The notes: generated by a model from the letters alone, not told the origin. A DNA stretch of 64,000 bases from an uncultured Nitrospiraceae bacterium (GCA_963811165.1 CAWEQH010000001.1:384001-448000), one strand, 5' to 3'; shown: positions 29,610 through 40,910, counted from the first letter of the stretch. Made by a program: numbers and translations.

Positions 29610-30711
29610 GAAACTGAGGTCCGGATATACCACGGGGGCCTGTGCTGCAGCGGCTTCGAAGGCAGCAACGATGCTCTTGCTTGGTGCGGAAATGAAAAGC
29701 CGCGGCGGTTCGGAAGTAGAAATACCCTTTCCCGACGGCAGCAGGGTAAAATTTGCCGTCCGTTACCTTGGTATCTCTGAGGCGTCTTCGGGGCCGGTGG
29801 CCTCGGCATCGATAATTAAAGACGCGGGGGATGACCCTGATGTGACGAACGGGGCCGAGATCATCGCCTCGGCGAGAATCTTTACCGCCGAAGATGGGAG
29901 TGAAGACATATTGCTTAAGGGCGGCAGGGGTGTAGGCAGGGTGACTAAGCCCGGGCTTTCAGTTCCGGTAGGGAACCCCGCGATCAATCCGGTCCCGAGA
30001 CGGATGATCAGGGAAGCGGTCAGCGAGGCAATTACGCAATGCAAAGGAGCGCAGGACGGGCGCAAGATCGAAATCACGATCTCCGTCCCCAAGGGAGAGG
30101 AACTGGCAAAAAAGACGCTCAACTCCAGACTCGGCATAATCGGGGGCATATCGATTCTGGGCACCTCCGGCATCGTCAGGCCCCTCTCTACCGAGGCATG
30201 GACCTCGACCATTACCTCAACGATGGACGTGGCAAAGGCCTTGGGGCTTCAGGAGATAGTACTGTCAGTAGGGAGGGTATCCGAACGGGCCCACATGAAA
30301 AAATATAAAATGCCCGAGGAGGCATACGTGCTGATGGGAGACCACTTCGAGTTTTCCCTCGTTGACGCAAAAAAACACGATTTCAAAAAGATCCATATAA
30401 GCGCGCACTGGGCAAAGATGCTCAAGATCTCGATGTCGACGCCCCAGACCCACGTCCGGCACGGGGCGATCGACGTGAGAAAGGGGGTGGAGCATCTCAC
30501 CCGGATGGGGCTCCCCGTTCCCCAGGACCGCGACTTCAATACCGCCCGGGAAATATACGACGATCTCGTATCGACATACGGACTTTCACTGCCGATGCTC
30601 CGCAAGGTATGTGTCGCCGCGAAGGGATATGCCGAGGGGATCACGGCAGGCATTCCGGTAATTACCCACCTCGTATCCTACGAAGGAGATATAATAGTTG
30701 ACAGTGAATAA
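29593..30711 (+). CDS. cbiD: Cobalt-precorrin-5B C1-methyltransferase
   Basis: GYTTGACAAAA, KDAGDDPDVT, GVGRVTKPGL, GGISILGTSG. Confidence 0.95.
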   Translation: MGSNARKLRSGYTTGACAAAASKAATMLLLGAEMKSRGGSEVEIPFPDGSRVKFAVRYLGISEASSGPVASASIIKDAGDDPDVTNGAEIIASARIFTAEDGSEDILLKGGRGVGRVTKPGLSVPVGNPAINPVPRRMIREAVSEAITQCKGAQDGRKIEITISVPKGEELAKKTLNSRLGIIGGISILGTSGIVRPLSTEAWTSTITSTMDVAKALGLQEIVLSVGRVSERAHMKKYKMPEEAYVLMGDHFEFSLVDAKKHDFKKIHISAHWAKMLKISMSTPQTHVRHGAIDVRKGVEHLTRMGLPVPQDRDFNTAREIYDDLVSTYGLSLPMLRKVCVAAKGYAEGITAGIPVITHLVSYEGDIIVDSE

Positions 30712-31986
30712 GATCTGCGTGATAGGCATCGGCCACAGGCCTTTGGATGAAAGGGCCTGTGAAGTCTTCTCGATGGCGGACCATATCCTTGCATCCAGCA
30801 GGCTCTTTGAAGTCTTTAGGGGATACAAAGAGTTTGAAGCGGCAAGAGAAAAGATCAGGGTCATACACAGGATTGACGAGACGCTCGAGTTTATCCGCGC
30901 CAATTTTGAGAACAAGGCGATCGTTTTACTTGCGTCGGGTGATCCGTTGTTTTTCGGCATCGGCAGGAGAGTCATCGAAGAGTTCGGCGTGGATCGCGTC
31001 GAGATAATCCCCGATCTTTCGAGCATGCAGGTGGCCTTTCGAGGATCAAGGAACCGTGGGACGACGTGTTCCTCATGAGCCTTCACGGCGGGCCTGATCC
31101 CGAAAAAAGGCGAAGACTTCCCTACGAAATCGACGACATACCGGCGCTCCTTCGGGAACATTATAAGATTGCGGTCCTCACCGACAGGGAGAACAACCCC
31201 TCGGAGATCGCAAGGCGCATGCCGGACACCCACAAAAGCACTCTGAAAATGTTCGTCTGCGAAAAACTCGGCTATCCCGACGAAAAGATCACTTCCGGAA
31301 CGCCTGGGGAAATTGCCGGAATGTCTTTTTCTGATCCGAACGTGGTCATTCTTTTGGACAGTGCAAGAATGCACACGCGCAAAAGCGCAGAAGAAAAAAT
31401 ACTATTGAAAAATGCAGACCTGTTGTTCGGGCTCACCGAAGGTGAGATTGCCCATTCCCGGGGACTTATCACAAAGGACGAGGTCAGAGCGGCATCGATT
31501 CACAAACTGAGGCTGCCCAAAGGAGGCATACTATGGGACATCGGGGCAGGGTCCGGTTCCGTCTCTATAGAAGCGGCAAGGTTATTTCCGGAATCGAAGG
31601 TCTTTGCGATCGAGAGAAATGAGGAACAGATCGCCCACATTAAAGAGAACAAATTGAGGTTCGGCACGCCAAATGTTGCGATCACCTGCGGGGAGGCGCC
31701 TGAGGCATTGAGGGACCTGCCTTCCCCTGACGGGGTTTTCATCGGCGGCAGCGGTGGCCGGCTCCCCGGGATAATACGCCTTATCGGAGACAGGATGCCG
31801 AGGGGAATCGTTGTGCTGAACGCGGTGACGCTTGAAACCCTCCATGAAGCGGTATTACATCTGGAAAACAGCGGCTTTCAGACGGAGATATCGCAGATTT
31901 CCGTTTCGAGGTCGAAGGTACTAAACGGTCAGAGGCAGATGGCGGCCCTGAACCCGGTATTTGTCGTCAGGGGGGAGATAAAGTGA
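30698..31986 (+). CDS. cbiE: Fused CbiE/CbiT methyltransferase-decarboxylase (-1 frameshift near 31040)
   Basis: LASGDPLFFGIG, SLHG, GLITKDEVR, WDIGAGSGSVS, FIGGSGG. Confidence 0.9.
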
Positions 31987-32702
31987 AGGCGGGAAAACTC
32001 TATGTGATAGGCGTCGGCCCGGGCGACCCTGAATTACTGACGATAAAAGGCGTACGGATACTTAACAGCGTGCCCTGTATTTGCGTCCCCAAGGGCAGGG
32101 AAGAAGGCAGCAGCCTCGCCCTCTCGATCGTAAAGAAAATCGTGAATCTCGACCATAAAGAAATTATCGAGGCACATTTCCCGATGAGAAAGACCCGGGA
32201 TGCCGTACACGGAAACGAACTCGATGCGAAGTGGGACGAAACGGCAAAAATGGTTTCCGACAGGTTGAATAAGGGCTGCCACATGGCCTTCATCACGATA
32301 GGCGACCCGACCATCTATAGCACCTTTTTTTATCTTTACGACAGGCTGCTTGCGACAAATGCGGACCTGGATATCGAAATCATCCCCGGCGTCTCTTCGA
32401 TCAACGCTTCGGCATGCAGCGCAAAGATCTCCCTCGGGCTTGCAAACGAGAAGATCGCCGTGCTGCCCGCAACGTATGCCGAGAACCTCGGAGAGATCTT
32501 CGAAAAATTTGATACCGTCGTACTCATGAAGGTCCACAGGGTGTTTGGGAAGGTCATCGAGATACTCGATCAGATGCATCTTACCGCCCGCGCCGTCTAT
32601 GTCGTGGGGGCCGGCACGGAAGGCCAGAAAATATTTAAGGACATCAAGGCGCTCAAAGAGGAGGATATGAACTACTTTTCTCTGGTGATCGTAAGGAAAT
32701 GA
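31983..32702 (+). CDS. cbiL: Cobalt-factor II C20-methyltransferase
   Basis: GVGPGDPELLTIK, HFPM, GDPTIYSTF, VLMK, YFS. Confidence 0.92.
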   Translation: MKAGKLYVIGVGPGDPELLTIKGVRILNSVPCICVPKGREEGSSLALSIVKKIVNLDHKEIIEAHFPMRKTRDAVHGNELDAKWDETAKMVSDRLNKGCHMAFITIGDPTIYSTFFYLYDRLLATNADLDIEIIPGVSSINASACSAKISLGLANEKIAVLPATYAENLGEIFEKFDTVVLMKVHRVFGKVIEILDQMHLTARAVYVVGAGTEGQKIFKDIKALKEEDMNYFSLVIVRK

Positions 32703-33463
32703 AGGACAGGGCGAGCGTCCATTTCGTGGGTGCAGGACCAGGAGACCCCGAACTTATCACGCTCAAAGGGAGGAAACTTCTCGACCGGGCCGATGTGGTG
32801 ATTTATGCGGGGAGCCTGGTCAATGCGGAACTCCTCAAAGGAATTAAAGCGGAGATCTTCGATTCTGCAACGATGAACCTCGGGGAGATTATAGAAATCA
32901 TCGAGGGCGCGGTAAGAAACGGCAAGACCGTAGTGAGACTTCATACCGGCGATACTTCTTTCTATAGCGCGATATCGGAGCAGATCGAGAGGCTGAGGGA
33001 ACGTCATATCGACTATGAGGTGGTACCCGGCGTCTCCTCTGCGATGGCCGGCGCCGCGGCCCTCAAGATGGAACTTACGATCCCGGAGATAAGCCAGACC
33101 GTGATATTGACGCGCATGGAAGGGAGAACTCCGGTACCCGATGCGGAGAGATTGGGCGAACTCGCAAAACATAGGTCCACGATGGTGATCTTTCTGAGCG
33201 TGGGACTGATCGACAGGGTCAGAGATGAACTTCTTGAAGGCTATGATGGGGATACCCCTTTTGTGGTCGTTGAAAAGGCATCATGGCCGGACCAAAAAAT
33301 AGTGAGGGGCAGGCTGAAGGACATTGCCGAGGTGGTAAAAGGCTCGGGCATCAAAAAGACCGCATTAATCTACGTCGGCGAATCCTTGAGGGCCTCTGAG
33401 GTCTCTTTAGGAAAGGAATCGAGGCTCTATCGCAAGGACTTCACCCATGAGTACCGGAAATAA
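32699..33463 (+). CDS. cbiF: Cobalt-precorrin-4 C11-methyltransferase
   Basis: GAGPGDPELITLKG, YAGSLV, RLHTGD, ELTIPEISQTVILTR, SRLY. Confidence 0.94.
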   Translation: MKDRASVHFVGAGPGDPELITLKGRKLLDRADVVIYAGSLVNAELLKGIKAEIFDSATMNLGEIIEIIEGAVRNGKTVVRLHTGDTSFYSAISEQIERLRERHIDYEVVPGVSSAMAGAAALKMELTIPEISQTVILTRMEGRTPVPDAERLGELAKHRSTMVIFLSVGLIDRVRDELLEGYDGDTPFVVVEKASWPDQKIVRGRLKDIAEVVKGSGIKKTALIYVGESLRASEVSLGKESRLYRKDFTHEYRK

Positions 33464-35205
33464 GATCGCGGCCTTCTTTGTTACTGATAAGGGCCGGCTT
33501 CTTGCTGAGAGGATGAAGGAGCTTTATCCGGGGCTCGAGATAATAAAGTTTTCGGCAGGCGCCGCAAGAAAAAAGTGGGATGAATGCGGGAGCCTTATCT
33601 TCATCATGGCGGCGGGTATCGTGGTCCGGACAATCGGGCCTCTCATAAAGGATAAAAGGTCCGACCCGGCCGTTGTCGTGCTTGATGAAAACGGCGCGTA
33701 TGCGATAAGTCTCTTAAGCGGTCACCTGGGCGGCGCAAATGAGCGGTCAAGGGAGATCGCCGGATTTCCTTAACGGTGAAGCGGTCATTACCACGGCATC
33801 CGACGTAAACGGTCTGACGCCGATCGATCTTTGGGCGCAGGACAACGATCTCGTGATCGAGGACGGGAAGCTTCTTCCCCGCATCGGCACTCGTCTCATA
33901 AACACCGGAAGTCTGAATGTCTATACCGGCATCGAGATCGCCCTGCCCGGTGAGTTTGGGCGGGTGGCCGACCCCGCAGCTGCCGATTTGCTCATCACCC
34001 ATGCGAAATCGCTTTCATCTTGCCGGGGTCTCTATCTCAGACCGAAGGATCTCGTCATAGGTATCGGCTGTAACAGCGGGACTTCGGCCGCTGAGATCGA
34101 AGGCGCGGTCGAAAAGGTGTTCGATGAGAATAATTTGTCGCTCACGTCGGTCTTTGCGATCGCGACGATAGATCTGAAGGCCAAGGAGCCGGGGATCAGG
34201 GCATTTGCCGTAAAATATTCTTTCGGCATCCTGGCCTTCAGGCCTGAAGAACTGAATGGGGTAAACGGGGTAGCGAGGTCCGATGCGGCTTTCAGGGCCA
34301 CCGGGGCAAAGGCGGTGGCGGAGCCTGCCGCATTGCTTGCGACAGGCGCTAAGAGGCTTCTTGTCAGGAAACAGAAGATCGGCAACGTAACCGTGGCGGT
34401 AGCGGAAAGAAATAAAGGAGTCAAAGAAGTGGAGAAAGAGAAATCGAACGTGTTAGGAAAGATTTATGTTGTTGGCACCGGACCGGGAAATATAGAACAT
34501 ATCACCCCTTACGCTCATAAGGTAATCCGGCGATCGGATACCATCGTCGGCTACGGCACCTATACCGGCCTTATCAAGGAAATCATCAGTGACAAAGAGG
34601 TCTTCTCTACCGGGATGACCCAGGAGATCGACAGGTGCAGGAAAGCCGTCGAACTGGCCCTGGGCGGCCGGACGGTCTCCGTGATAAGCGGCGGAGATCC
34701 CGGAATATACGCTATGGCCGGGCTTGTTTTTGAACTTTTGAAAGAAAGGGAGGGAGACGGGCCTTTGCCCCCGGTCGAGGTTATCCCCGGCATTTCGGCG
34801 CTGAACGCCTGCGCAGCCAGGCTCGGCGCGCCTCTGATGCACGACTTCGCTTCAATCAGCCTTTCCGACAGGCTCACACCATGGGACCTGATAGAAAGAA
34901 GGCTCGATGCCGCCGCCATGTCGGATTTCGTGATCATCCTTTATAACCCCAAGAGTAAGGGCAGGGCAGGGCATATCACAAGGGCTCGGGATATCGTCAT
35001 GAAGTACCGGTCGGCCGATACCCCGGTCGGCATCGTCAAAGGTGCGATGAGGGAAGATGAAACGATTGTCCTGACGGACTTGGAAAAGATGCCCGGCCAT
35101 GAGATCGATATGCAGACGACGGTGATAATAGGAAATTCGAAGACCTTTCTCTGGAATGACCTGATGATTACGCCCCGTGGATATGAAAAGAAACTTGCAT
35201 CCTGA
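33447..35205 (+). CDS. cbiG: Fused CbiG (cobalt-precorrin-5A hydrolase) and CbiH (precorrin-3B C17-methyltransferase); +1 frameshift near 33767
   Basis: GIVVRTI, DPAVVV, SGHLGGAN, ITTASD, GIGC, VAEPAA; then GTGPG, SGGDPGIY, SLSDRLTPW, YNPKS, TPRGY. Confidence 0.9.
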
Positions 35206-36511
35206 GAGCACCGTTTCGAGTAAAATTGCTTTTTTTTGGGACGAATCCTTTATCTGGGGACTGATGTCCTATAAGGCACTGCGCGCCAATGGTCTTTCCT
35301 TTGACCTTGTCCGCTGCGACGATATCAGAAGAGGGGCCCTTAAGAACTACTCCATGCTTTTTGTTCCCGGCGGATGGGCATCGAATAAACTGAGGGCGCT
35401 TGGAGATGACGGGGCCTCGGAGATACGAAGGTTCGTTGAGGCGGGCGGCTCCTACTTGGGCTTCTGCGGCGGCGCCGGTCTTGCTACCCTCGATGGAATA
35501 GGGCTTTTGCCGGTGAAGCGAAAACCGACAAGGGAGCGGGTGCCGAGTTTCAGCGGAAGGATCATGCTCAATCTTAAGGAACATCCGGTCTGGAAGGGCC
35601 TTTCGGCAACCGGGCATCGGCGGCAGGCCGCTCATTCATCCGATGTCTTTCAGGCCTGGTGGCCTTCCCAGCTTTTACTGGAAGAAAAATCCGTCAAAGT
35701 CCTTGCGACTTACGGCGAAGCGCTGCCCGACTCCTTCAGCTCCGACCTGAACGTCGGCGATACGGAAGCAAGCGGCAACTGGGATGAACTCGAAGAGGTG
35801 TATGGAATCAACCTCAATCCCAAGCGGCTGCGCGACGACCCCGCTGTGGTTGAGGGGGTATGCGGGAGGGGCCGGGTCATCCTGTCGCTCATCCACTTCG
35901 ATACCCCATCCGATGACAATGGTTCGATCGTTCTTAAGAACCTGTGGGAGTATCTCGCGGGCGAGAAAACAGGGCACCTTGAATGTCGATTGCGTTCTGC
36001 AGGCGTTATAAGCGATTCTGTCGCTTCAGCAGATGAAGCGGGCATAGAGGTTTCAGAACTCGAAGCGAAGGTAGCGGATTTGATCTGTCTGGGGATGAGG
36101 AATTTTCTCTGGTTCTGGAGGAACCCTATGCTTCTTCAGTGGCGCAGGGGAGTAAGGGGACTTGAATACTGCACGCTTTATATCATGATGAAAGAGATCT
36201 CGGAAATCATACGCCTCGAAAAATATCATCTTTTACGTGATGATGAGCGAAAGCAGCGGCTCAAGGAGGGTCTTTCAGCCCTGAGGTCACTCCTCATTCC
36301 ATTTATTGATGAATCGAAAAGGCTTCTCGTTTTGGAGAGGCTCGCTATGCAAAACGGGCATATTACCTACGACAGATGTGAAGATCCGGAGATCGGGAAG
36401 ATAAGGAGAGAGCTTTTTTCGAATTCAAAGAGCCACGGCGGATTATTCAAACAACTGATCGGGGAAATCGACAAAGTGCTGTTTATGGTGATGGACCGCA
36501 GCGATAGGTGA
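35177..36511 (+). CDS. BPL_N (class I glutamine amidotransferase-like) domain protein
   Basis: LFVPGG...IRRFVEAGGSYLGFCGGAG...GRGRVILSLIHFD; overlaps the cbiH stop. Confidence 0.75.
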   Translation: MDMKRNLHPESTVSSKIAFFWDESFIWGLMSYKALRANGLSFDLVRCDDIRRGALKNYSMLFVPGGWASNKLRALGDDGASEIRRFVEAGGSYLGFCGGAGLATLDGIGLLPVKRKPTRERVPSFSGRIMLNLKEHPVWKGLSATGHRRQAAHSSDVFQAWWPSQLLLEEKSVKVLATYGEALPDSFSSDLNVGDTEASGNWDELEEVYGINLNPKRLRDDPAVVEGVCGRGRVILSLIHFDTPSDDNGSIVLKNLWEYLAGEKTGHLECRLRSAGVISDSVASADEAGIEVSELEAKVADLICLGMRNFLWFWRNPMLLQWRRGVRGLEYCTLYIMMKEISEIIRLEKYHLLRDDERKQRLKEGLSALRSLLIPFIDESKRLLVLERLAMQNGHITYDRCEDPEIGKIRRELFSNSKSHGGLFKQLIGEIDKVLFMVMDRSDR

Positions 36512-36635
36512 ATCCTTCGTTATCGAAAGGCCCTTTTTTCGAGCGGGTATCCCGCACTTTTTTTTCTCTTTGAAACAGTATCGTCTTTGTAGTAAAATTG
36601 TCCGTTACCAGACATCTTTTCAAAGGAGGACCTCA

Positions 36636-36845
36636 ATGGAGCATAAGAACAAGGCCAGCAGCGTTACCTTTATCTTGATTGCGGTGTGCATATTGGGAAG
36701 TGTTGCCGCAAGTTTCAGCCTTCAGGAGATTATTCCCCGGCTTAACAAATGGCAAATTGGCGGGTATGCAATTGTGGGCGGGATATTCATCGCGATGGTT
36801 GCCGTGATCGCAAATGAAATGCTGAAGTTCTTTCAGAACGAATAA
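36636..36845 (+). CDS. Small two-TM membrane protein
   Basis: AGGAGG RBS before ATG 36636; two hydrophobic segments; paralogue at 37415. Confidence 0.7.
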   Translation: MEHKNKASSVTFILIAVCILGSVAASFSLQEIIPRLNKWQIGGYAIVGGIFIAMVAVIANEMLKFFQNE

Positions 36846-36930
36846 CTCTTCTTTCAGGCGGGTCTTTCGGGGCATGGGGACAGAGTTTTTGACCGGGAAC
36901 GGCCTTCAGCCTGATTGAGTAAGAATACGG

Positions 36931-37347
36931 ATGTCGACGGCATCGCGGGTCATTATTATCGATTATTCAATGAAGTATTATGCGGACGTTGCAAGGGCGG
37001 CCATGCCGGCCGCGAGGAACGGCAAGTTTGTTCAGTTGAGACACGGTGACACGGAGTACCTTGTATTATCCCCCAAGGAATTCAGCCCTTACCACGCTGA
37101 CATCCTGGAGCGGTTTTGCCGGGAGAGGTCCATTGACGGGGCCTATCAGGAAGGGAAGAAGCGCTTCGACATTCGGGATGCCGAATGGGTCATCCGGGGC
37201 GGCGGCAAGTTTGAGATAGATGAGACGAAGAGATATATACGTTTCTATGACAACTCAATGGCCTACGGGAGATTCGAGGCCAGGGGTTTAAAGGGAAAGG
37301 TCCGTCGGAGCGATATACTGAAGGGTTATGAAGTGACGATCGAATAA
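36931..37347 (+). CDS. Hypothetical protein
   Basis: GKFVQ...YHADILERFC...GGGKF...DNSMAYGRF; protein-like ORF. Confidence 0.65.
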   Translation: MSTASRVIIIDYSMKYYADVARAAMPAARNGKFVQLRHGDTEYLVLSPKEFSPYHADILERFCRERSIDGAYQEGKKRFDIRDAEWVIRGGGKFEIDETKRYIRFYDNSMAYGRFEARGLKGKVRRSDILKGYEVTIE

Positions 37348-37414
37348 CGGGGTGGGCGCACTGGGGGATCATCGGAGAATAATGATATGACGTATCTCTA
37401 TGAAGGAGACGTGG

Positions 37415-37625
37415 ATGGAGCAGAAGAAAAAGAGCGAACCTGACGATCGTTATAGTTGGCGCGGTCTGTATTATTATGGCAGTGGCAGGCGGGATACGCA
37501 TGCTTCATATGATCTCCCGTCTAAACGGATGGCAGGCCGCAGGATATGCGCTGGTTGAGGGGATATTCATCGCCCTTGTCGCTGCCATACTTGACCGGAT
37601 CCTTTCTTTTTTCTCCGGCGAGTAA
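37415..37625 (+). CDS. Paralogue of the 36636 membrane protein, +1 frameshift in an A5 run (absent from ORF track)
   Basis: Removing one A at 37427-37431 gives MEQKKRANLTIVIVGAVCII...RLNGWQAAGYALVEGIFIALV...FFSGE*. Confidence 0.65.
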
Positions 37626-37697
37626 ATGAGGGAGGCCCCTTCTCCCTTTTCATAACTATGAAGAAGGTAGAGTTGCGGACGTAGGCAGCAACATCCC

Positions 37698-40229
37698 ATG
37701 AAATCTCTTCCGATCGACGGAGTACTAAGCCTTCTGAAAGAGGCGGTATCCGCTAACCCCTCCGTGGTCCTGAACGCCCCGCCCGGCGCGGGGAAGACAA
37801 CCCGCGTTCCACTGGCCCTTCTGGATATATTTCCCCCTGAAAAAGGCCGCGTCATAATGCTTGAACCCAGAAGGATAGCCGCGACCTCCGTTGCCCGATG
37901 GATGGCAAAGGGCCTCGGACAGGAGGTGGGCGAAACCGTAGGATACTCGATCCGGTTCGACACCCGGGTCTCCAGGAAGACCCGTATCGAGGTCGTCACC
38001 GAAGGCATACTCACCCGCCGTATCCAGGCTGATCCGGGCCTCGAAGGCATCTCGATGGTTATATTCGACGAATTCCACGAAAGAAGTCTGCATGCGGACC
38101 TCGCTCTGGCCCTCTGCCTCGATCTGCGCCGCGGACTCAGGGAAGACCTGAAGGTCCTCGTCATGTCTGCGACTCTCCAATGCGGTCCTGTCGCTTCCCT
38201 CCTTGGCGGGGCACCGGTGATTTCGTCTGAGGGCAAGGCCTTTCCCGTTGAGGAACGTTACCTGCCGGAGAAGAGCGGGCCACTGCCCGGACGTATCGCC
38301 GGGGCGGTCGATCTGGCTTTGCGCGAGGCATCTGGAGACGTGCTTGTTTTCTTGCCGGGTGCATCCGAGATACGGGCATGCAACCAGGCTATCGACGGGA
38401 TGCCGGGCGTCCCGGGAGCGGGTATCGCCGTACATCCTCTTTACGGCGATCTGCCCTTTGAGGAGCAGGAGCGGGCCATCCTCCCTTCGGGGAAGCGAAA
38501 GATAATTCTGGCGACGAATATTGCCGAGACGAGTCTTACTATAGAGGGAGTCGGTGTCGTGATCGACAGCGGTTTGACGAGAAGGCTCCAGTATGACCCC
38601 TCTACCGGTATGAACAGGCTCATCACCACCTCCGTTTCGAAGGCGTCCGCCGAACAAAGAAAGGGCAGGGCGGGCAGGCTCGGCCCGGGTGTCTGCTACC
38701 GCCTTTACAGCAGAAATACCTTTTTCGGCATGGTCCCTTTTGCCCCTCCGGAGATACTTGTGTCTGATCTTTCTTCCCTGGCGCTCGAACTTGCGGTCTG
38801 GGGTGTGAAAGAACCCTCGGCCCTCTCGTGGCTTGATGCGCCTCCTGCCGCAGCCTGGGAATCGGCCGTCAGGCTGCTTATGGACCTTGGCGCGCTTGAT
38901 AGGTCTGCCTCGGCCACGCCTGAAGGCAGGACAATGGCCCGGCTTCCTCTCCATCCCCGTCTTGCCCGTCTCTTGCTGCGTGCGGAGGAACTGGGGTGTC
39001 AGCGTCTCGGGGCAGACCTCTCCGCGCTTCTCTCTGAAAGGGACATACTCCGCCGGGATGCATCGACGGCCCGCATGGTCCGCGACCGTGAACCCGATAT
39101 CGGGGTGAGGATCGACATTTTAGAGGAGTGGCGAAAAGGAAGAGGAACGACTCACAACGCAGACCCCTGGGCATTACGGGCCGTGGACAGGATCGCCGGG
39201 CAGCTAGCCGGGCTGATGCGGGGGAAGACGAAAGATGTTTTGCGAGAAACTCAGGCACCTGATGCGATTCCCCGGTTGCTTCTCAGCGCCTTTCCTGACA
39301 GGGTTGCGCAGCTTCGCCCGGATGGGGATGGACATTTTGTCCTTTCGCAGGGAAGGGGCGTCCGGCTGACTTCAACTTCGGGTCTGAGCAAAAGTCCTTA
39401 CCTTGTTGCGGTCTATGTGGATGCAGGGGAGAAGGCCGAAGGCATAGTGCATCTGGCTGCGCCGCTTTCCGCGGAACTCATCCGAAGGGATTGCAGCAGT
39501 CGTATCGAGACCGTAAAAAGGGTGGAGTGGGATAGGCGTGAAGAAAGGATCATTGCGACAGTTGAAGAGCGAATGGGCGCGGTAGTCTTTTCATCCAGGC
39601 CCTTCAGTCCCTCGGACGAAGAAGCGCTGCCTATCGTCTGCGAGGCGATCGGCTCAAATCCCGGGATGCTGATATTCCGTAGCGAGGCAAGACAATTTCA
39701 GGGCCGGGTCGCTCTTATGCGAAGGACTTTCCCCGATGAAGACTGGCCGGATCTTTCCGATGAGCGCCTTCTCGTAAACCCTGCAGAATGGCTCCCGGCG
39801 TGGCTTCGGGGCCGGCGCACCAGTCAGGACATAAAAAATATGGATATCCTGCCTGCGCTCAATTCGCAGCTTCCATGGGGAAAGGCGCAGCTTTTGGAAA
39901 ATCGCGCACCCAAAACGATCGTTGTGCCAAGCGGCCACCGTGTTGCAATCGATTATGCCGCGGGAGATGTCCCGGTGCTTGCGGTGAAACTTCAGGAGAT
40001 GTTCGGCCTTGCCGATACGCCCGCAATCGCCGGCGGGCGGGTGAAGGTGCTCCTTCATCTCCTCTCCCCCGCCCGCAGACCCGTCCAGATCACAAAGGAC
40101 CTCAAGGGGTTCTGGAATAGCGGCTATCAGCAGGTGAAGAAGGAGTTGAAGGGGCGTTATCCGAAACACCCCTGGCCTGATGATCCATGGAATGCCGTCC
40201 CTACGCGGAGGACGAAACGCCGGGAGTAG
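37698..40229 (+). CDS. hrpB: ATP-dependent RNA helicase HrpB
   Basis: APPGAGKTT, DEFHER, MSAT, QRKGRAGR, ELKGRYPKHPWPDDP. Confidence 0.96.
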   Translation: MKSLPIDGVLSLLKEAVSANPSVVLNAPPGAGKTTRVPLALLDIFPPEKGRVIMLEPRRIAATSVARWMAKGLGQEVGETVGYSIRFDTRVSRKTRIEVVTEGILTRRIQADPGLEGISMVIFDEFHERSLHADLALALCLDLRRGLREDLKVLVMSATLQCGPVASLLGGAPVISSEGKAFPVEERYLPEKSGPLPGRIAGAVDLALREASGDVLVFLPGASEIRACNQAIDGMPGVPGAGIAVHPLYGDLPFEEQERAILPSGKRKIILATNIAETSLTIEGVGVVIDSGLTRRLQYDPSTGMNRLITTSVSKASAEQRKGRAGRLGPGVCYRLYSRNTFFGMVPFAPPEILVSDLSSLALELAVWGVKEPSALSWLDAPPAAAWESAVRLLMDLGALDRSASATPEGRTMARLPLHPRLARLLLRAEELGCQRLGADLSALLSERDILRRDASTARMVRDREPDIGVRIDILEEWRKGRGTTHNADPWALRAVDRIAGQLAGLMRGKTKDVLRETQAPDAIPRLLLSAFPDRVAQLRPDGDGHFVLSQGRGVRLTSTSGLSKSPYLVAVYVDAGEKAEGIVHLAAPLSAELIRRDCSSRIETVKRVEWDRREERIIATVEERMGAVVFSSRPFSPSDEEALPIVCEAIGSNPGMLIFRSEARQFQGRVALMRRTFPDEDWPDLSDERLLVNPAEWLPAWLRGRRTSQDIKNMDILPALNSQLPWGKAQLLENRAPKTIVVPSGHRVAIDYAAGDVPVLAVKLQEMFGLADTPAIAGGRVKVLLHLLSPARRPVQITKDLKGFWNSGYQQVKKELKGRYPKHPWPDDPWNAVPTRRTKRRE

Positions 40230-40315
40230 CTGCGATATTCGTTGCGTATGCGGCAGAGAAAGTTTCCCCGTTTGCCCAAAATGAGGCTATCATACAGGTA
40301 AGGCAGAAATGTATC

Positions 40316-40825
40316 ATGACTCCCCAAACGGTCGCATTACTATTTGAACTTGCGGTTATCGCCGAAACCTCCTCCCGGGATTTCTATGATGGCCTCGCGA
40401 AAAAATTTTGGCACGAGACAAATATCTCGAAGTTCTGGGAGAATATGGCGGCAGACGAGGCTGAACAGGTAAAGATGATGGAGGGCCTGCGGAAATCATT
40501 GACGTCGGCCCAACTGTCCGCTCCCGCAGAAGATGACATTGTACAGGTGGCACTCGAAAATTCAAAGGTTCAGATACGCGAAGTGCTCAATATGGTGAAG
40601 AATCTTAATGATGCCTTTGTGCTTGCACAGCTATGGGAAAATTCTGAAATCTACAAAGTCTTTGAATTTCTCACCTCTCAATATATGCCCAGTGATGCCG
40701 ATGGACGCTTTGTCCGGCTCCACCTGACGACTCATAAGAAAAAGCTCGAGTTGTTTTCTCAGGCCTTCGGCGAAGCTGAAGCAAGAAAGAGTGTCAGCGC
40801 CATGGACGGGGAACTTTTGCCTTAG
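40316..40825 (+). CDS. Ferritin/rubrerythrin-like hypothetical protein
   Basis: E...FYDGLA...FWENMAADE pattern; diiron ligands look incomplete. Confidence 0.55.
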   Translation: MTPQTVALLFELAVIAETSSRDFYDGLAKKFWHETNISKFWENMAADEAEQVKMMEGLRKSLTSAQLSAPAEDDIVQVALENSKVQIREVLNMVKNLNDAFVLAQLWENSEIYKVFEFLTSQYMPSDADGRFVRLHLTTHKKKLELFSQAFGEAEARKSVSAMDGELLP

Positions 40826-40910
40826 CAATAATAAGGCTGAGGGTATTCACGAGCAGAAAAAGTGGGAAAAAGCTGCCGGCAGAGAGGATTTTTCTGAAAG
40901 AGCTCAGGGG

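Noticed and set aside
18083..38954. Long antisense ORFs (e.g. 18083..19111, 20279..21427, 37725..38954)
   Set aside because: Shadows of well-supported plus-strand genes
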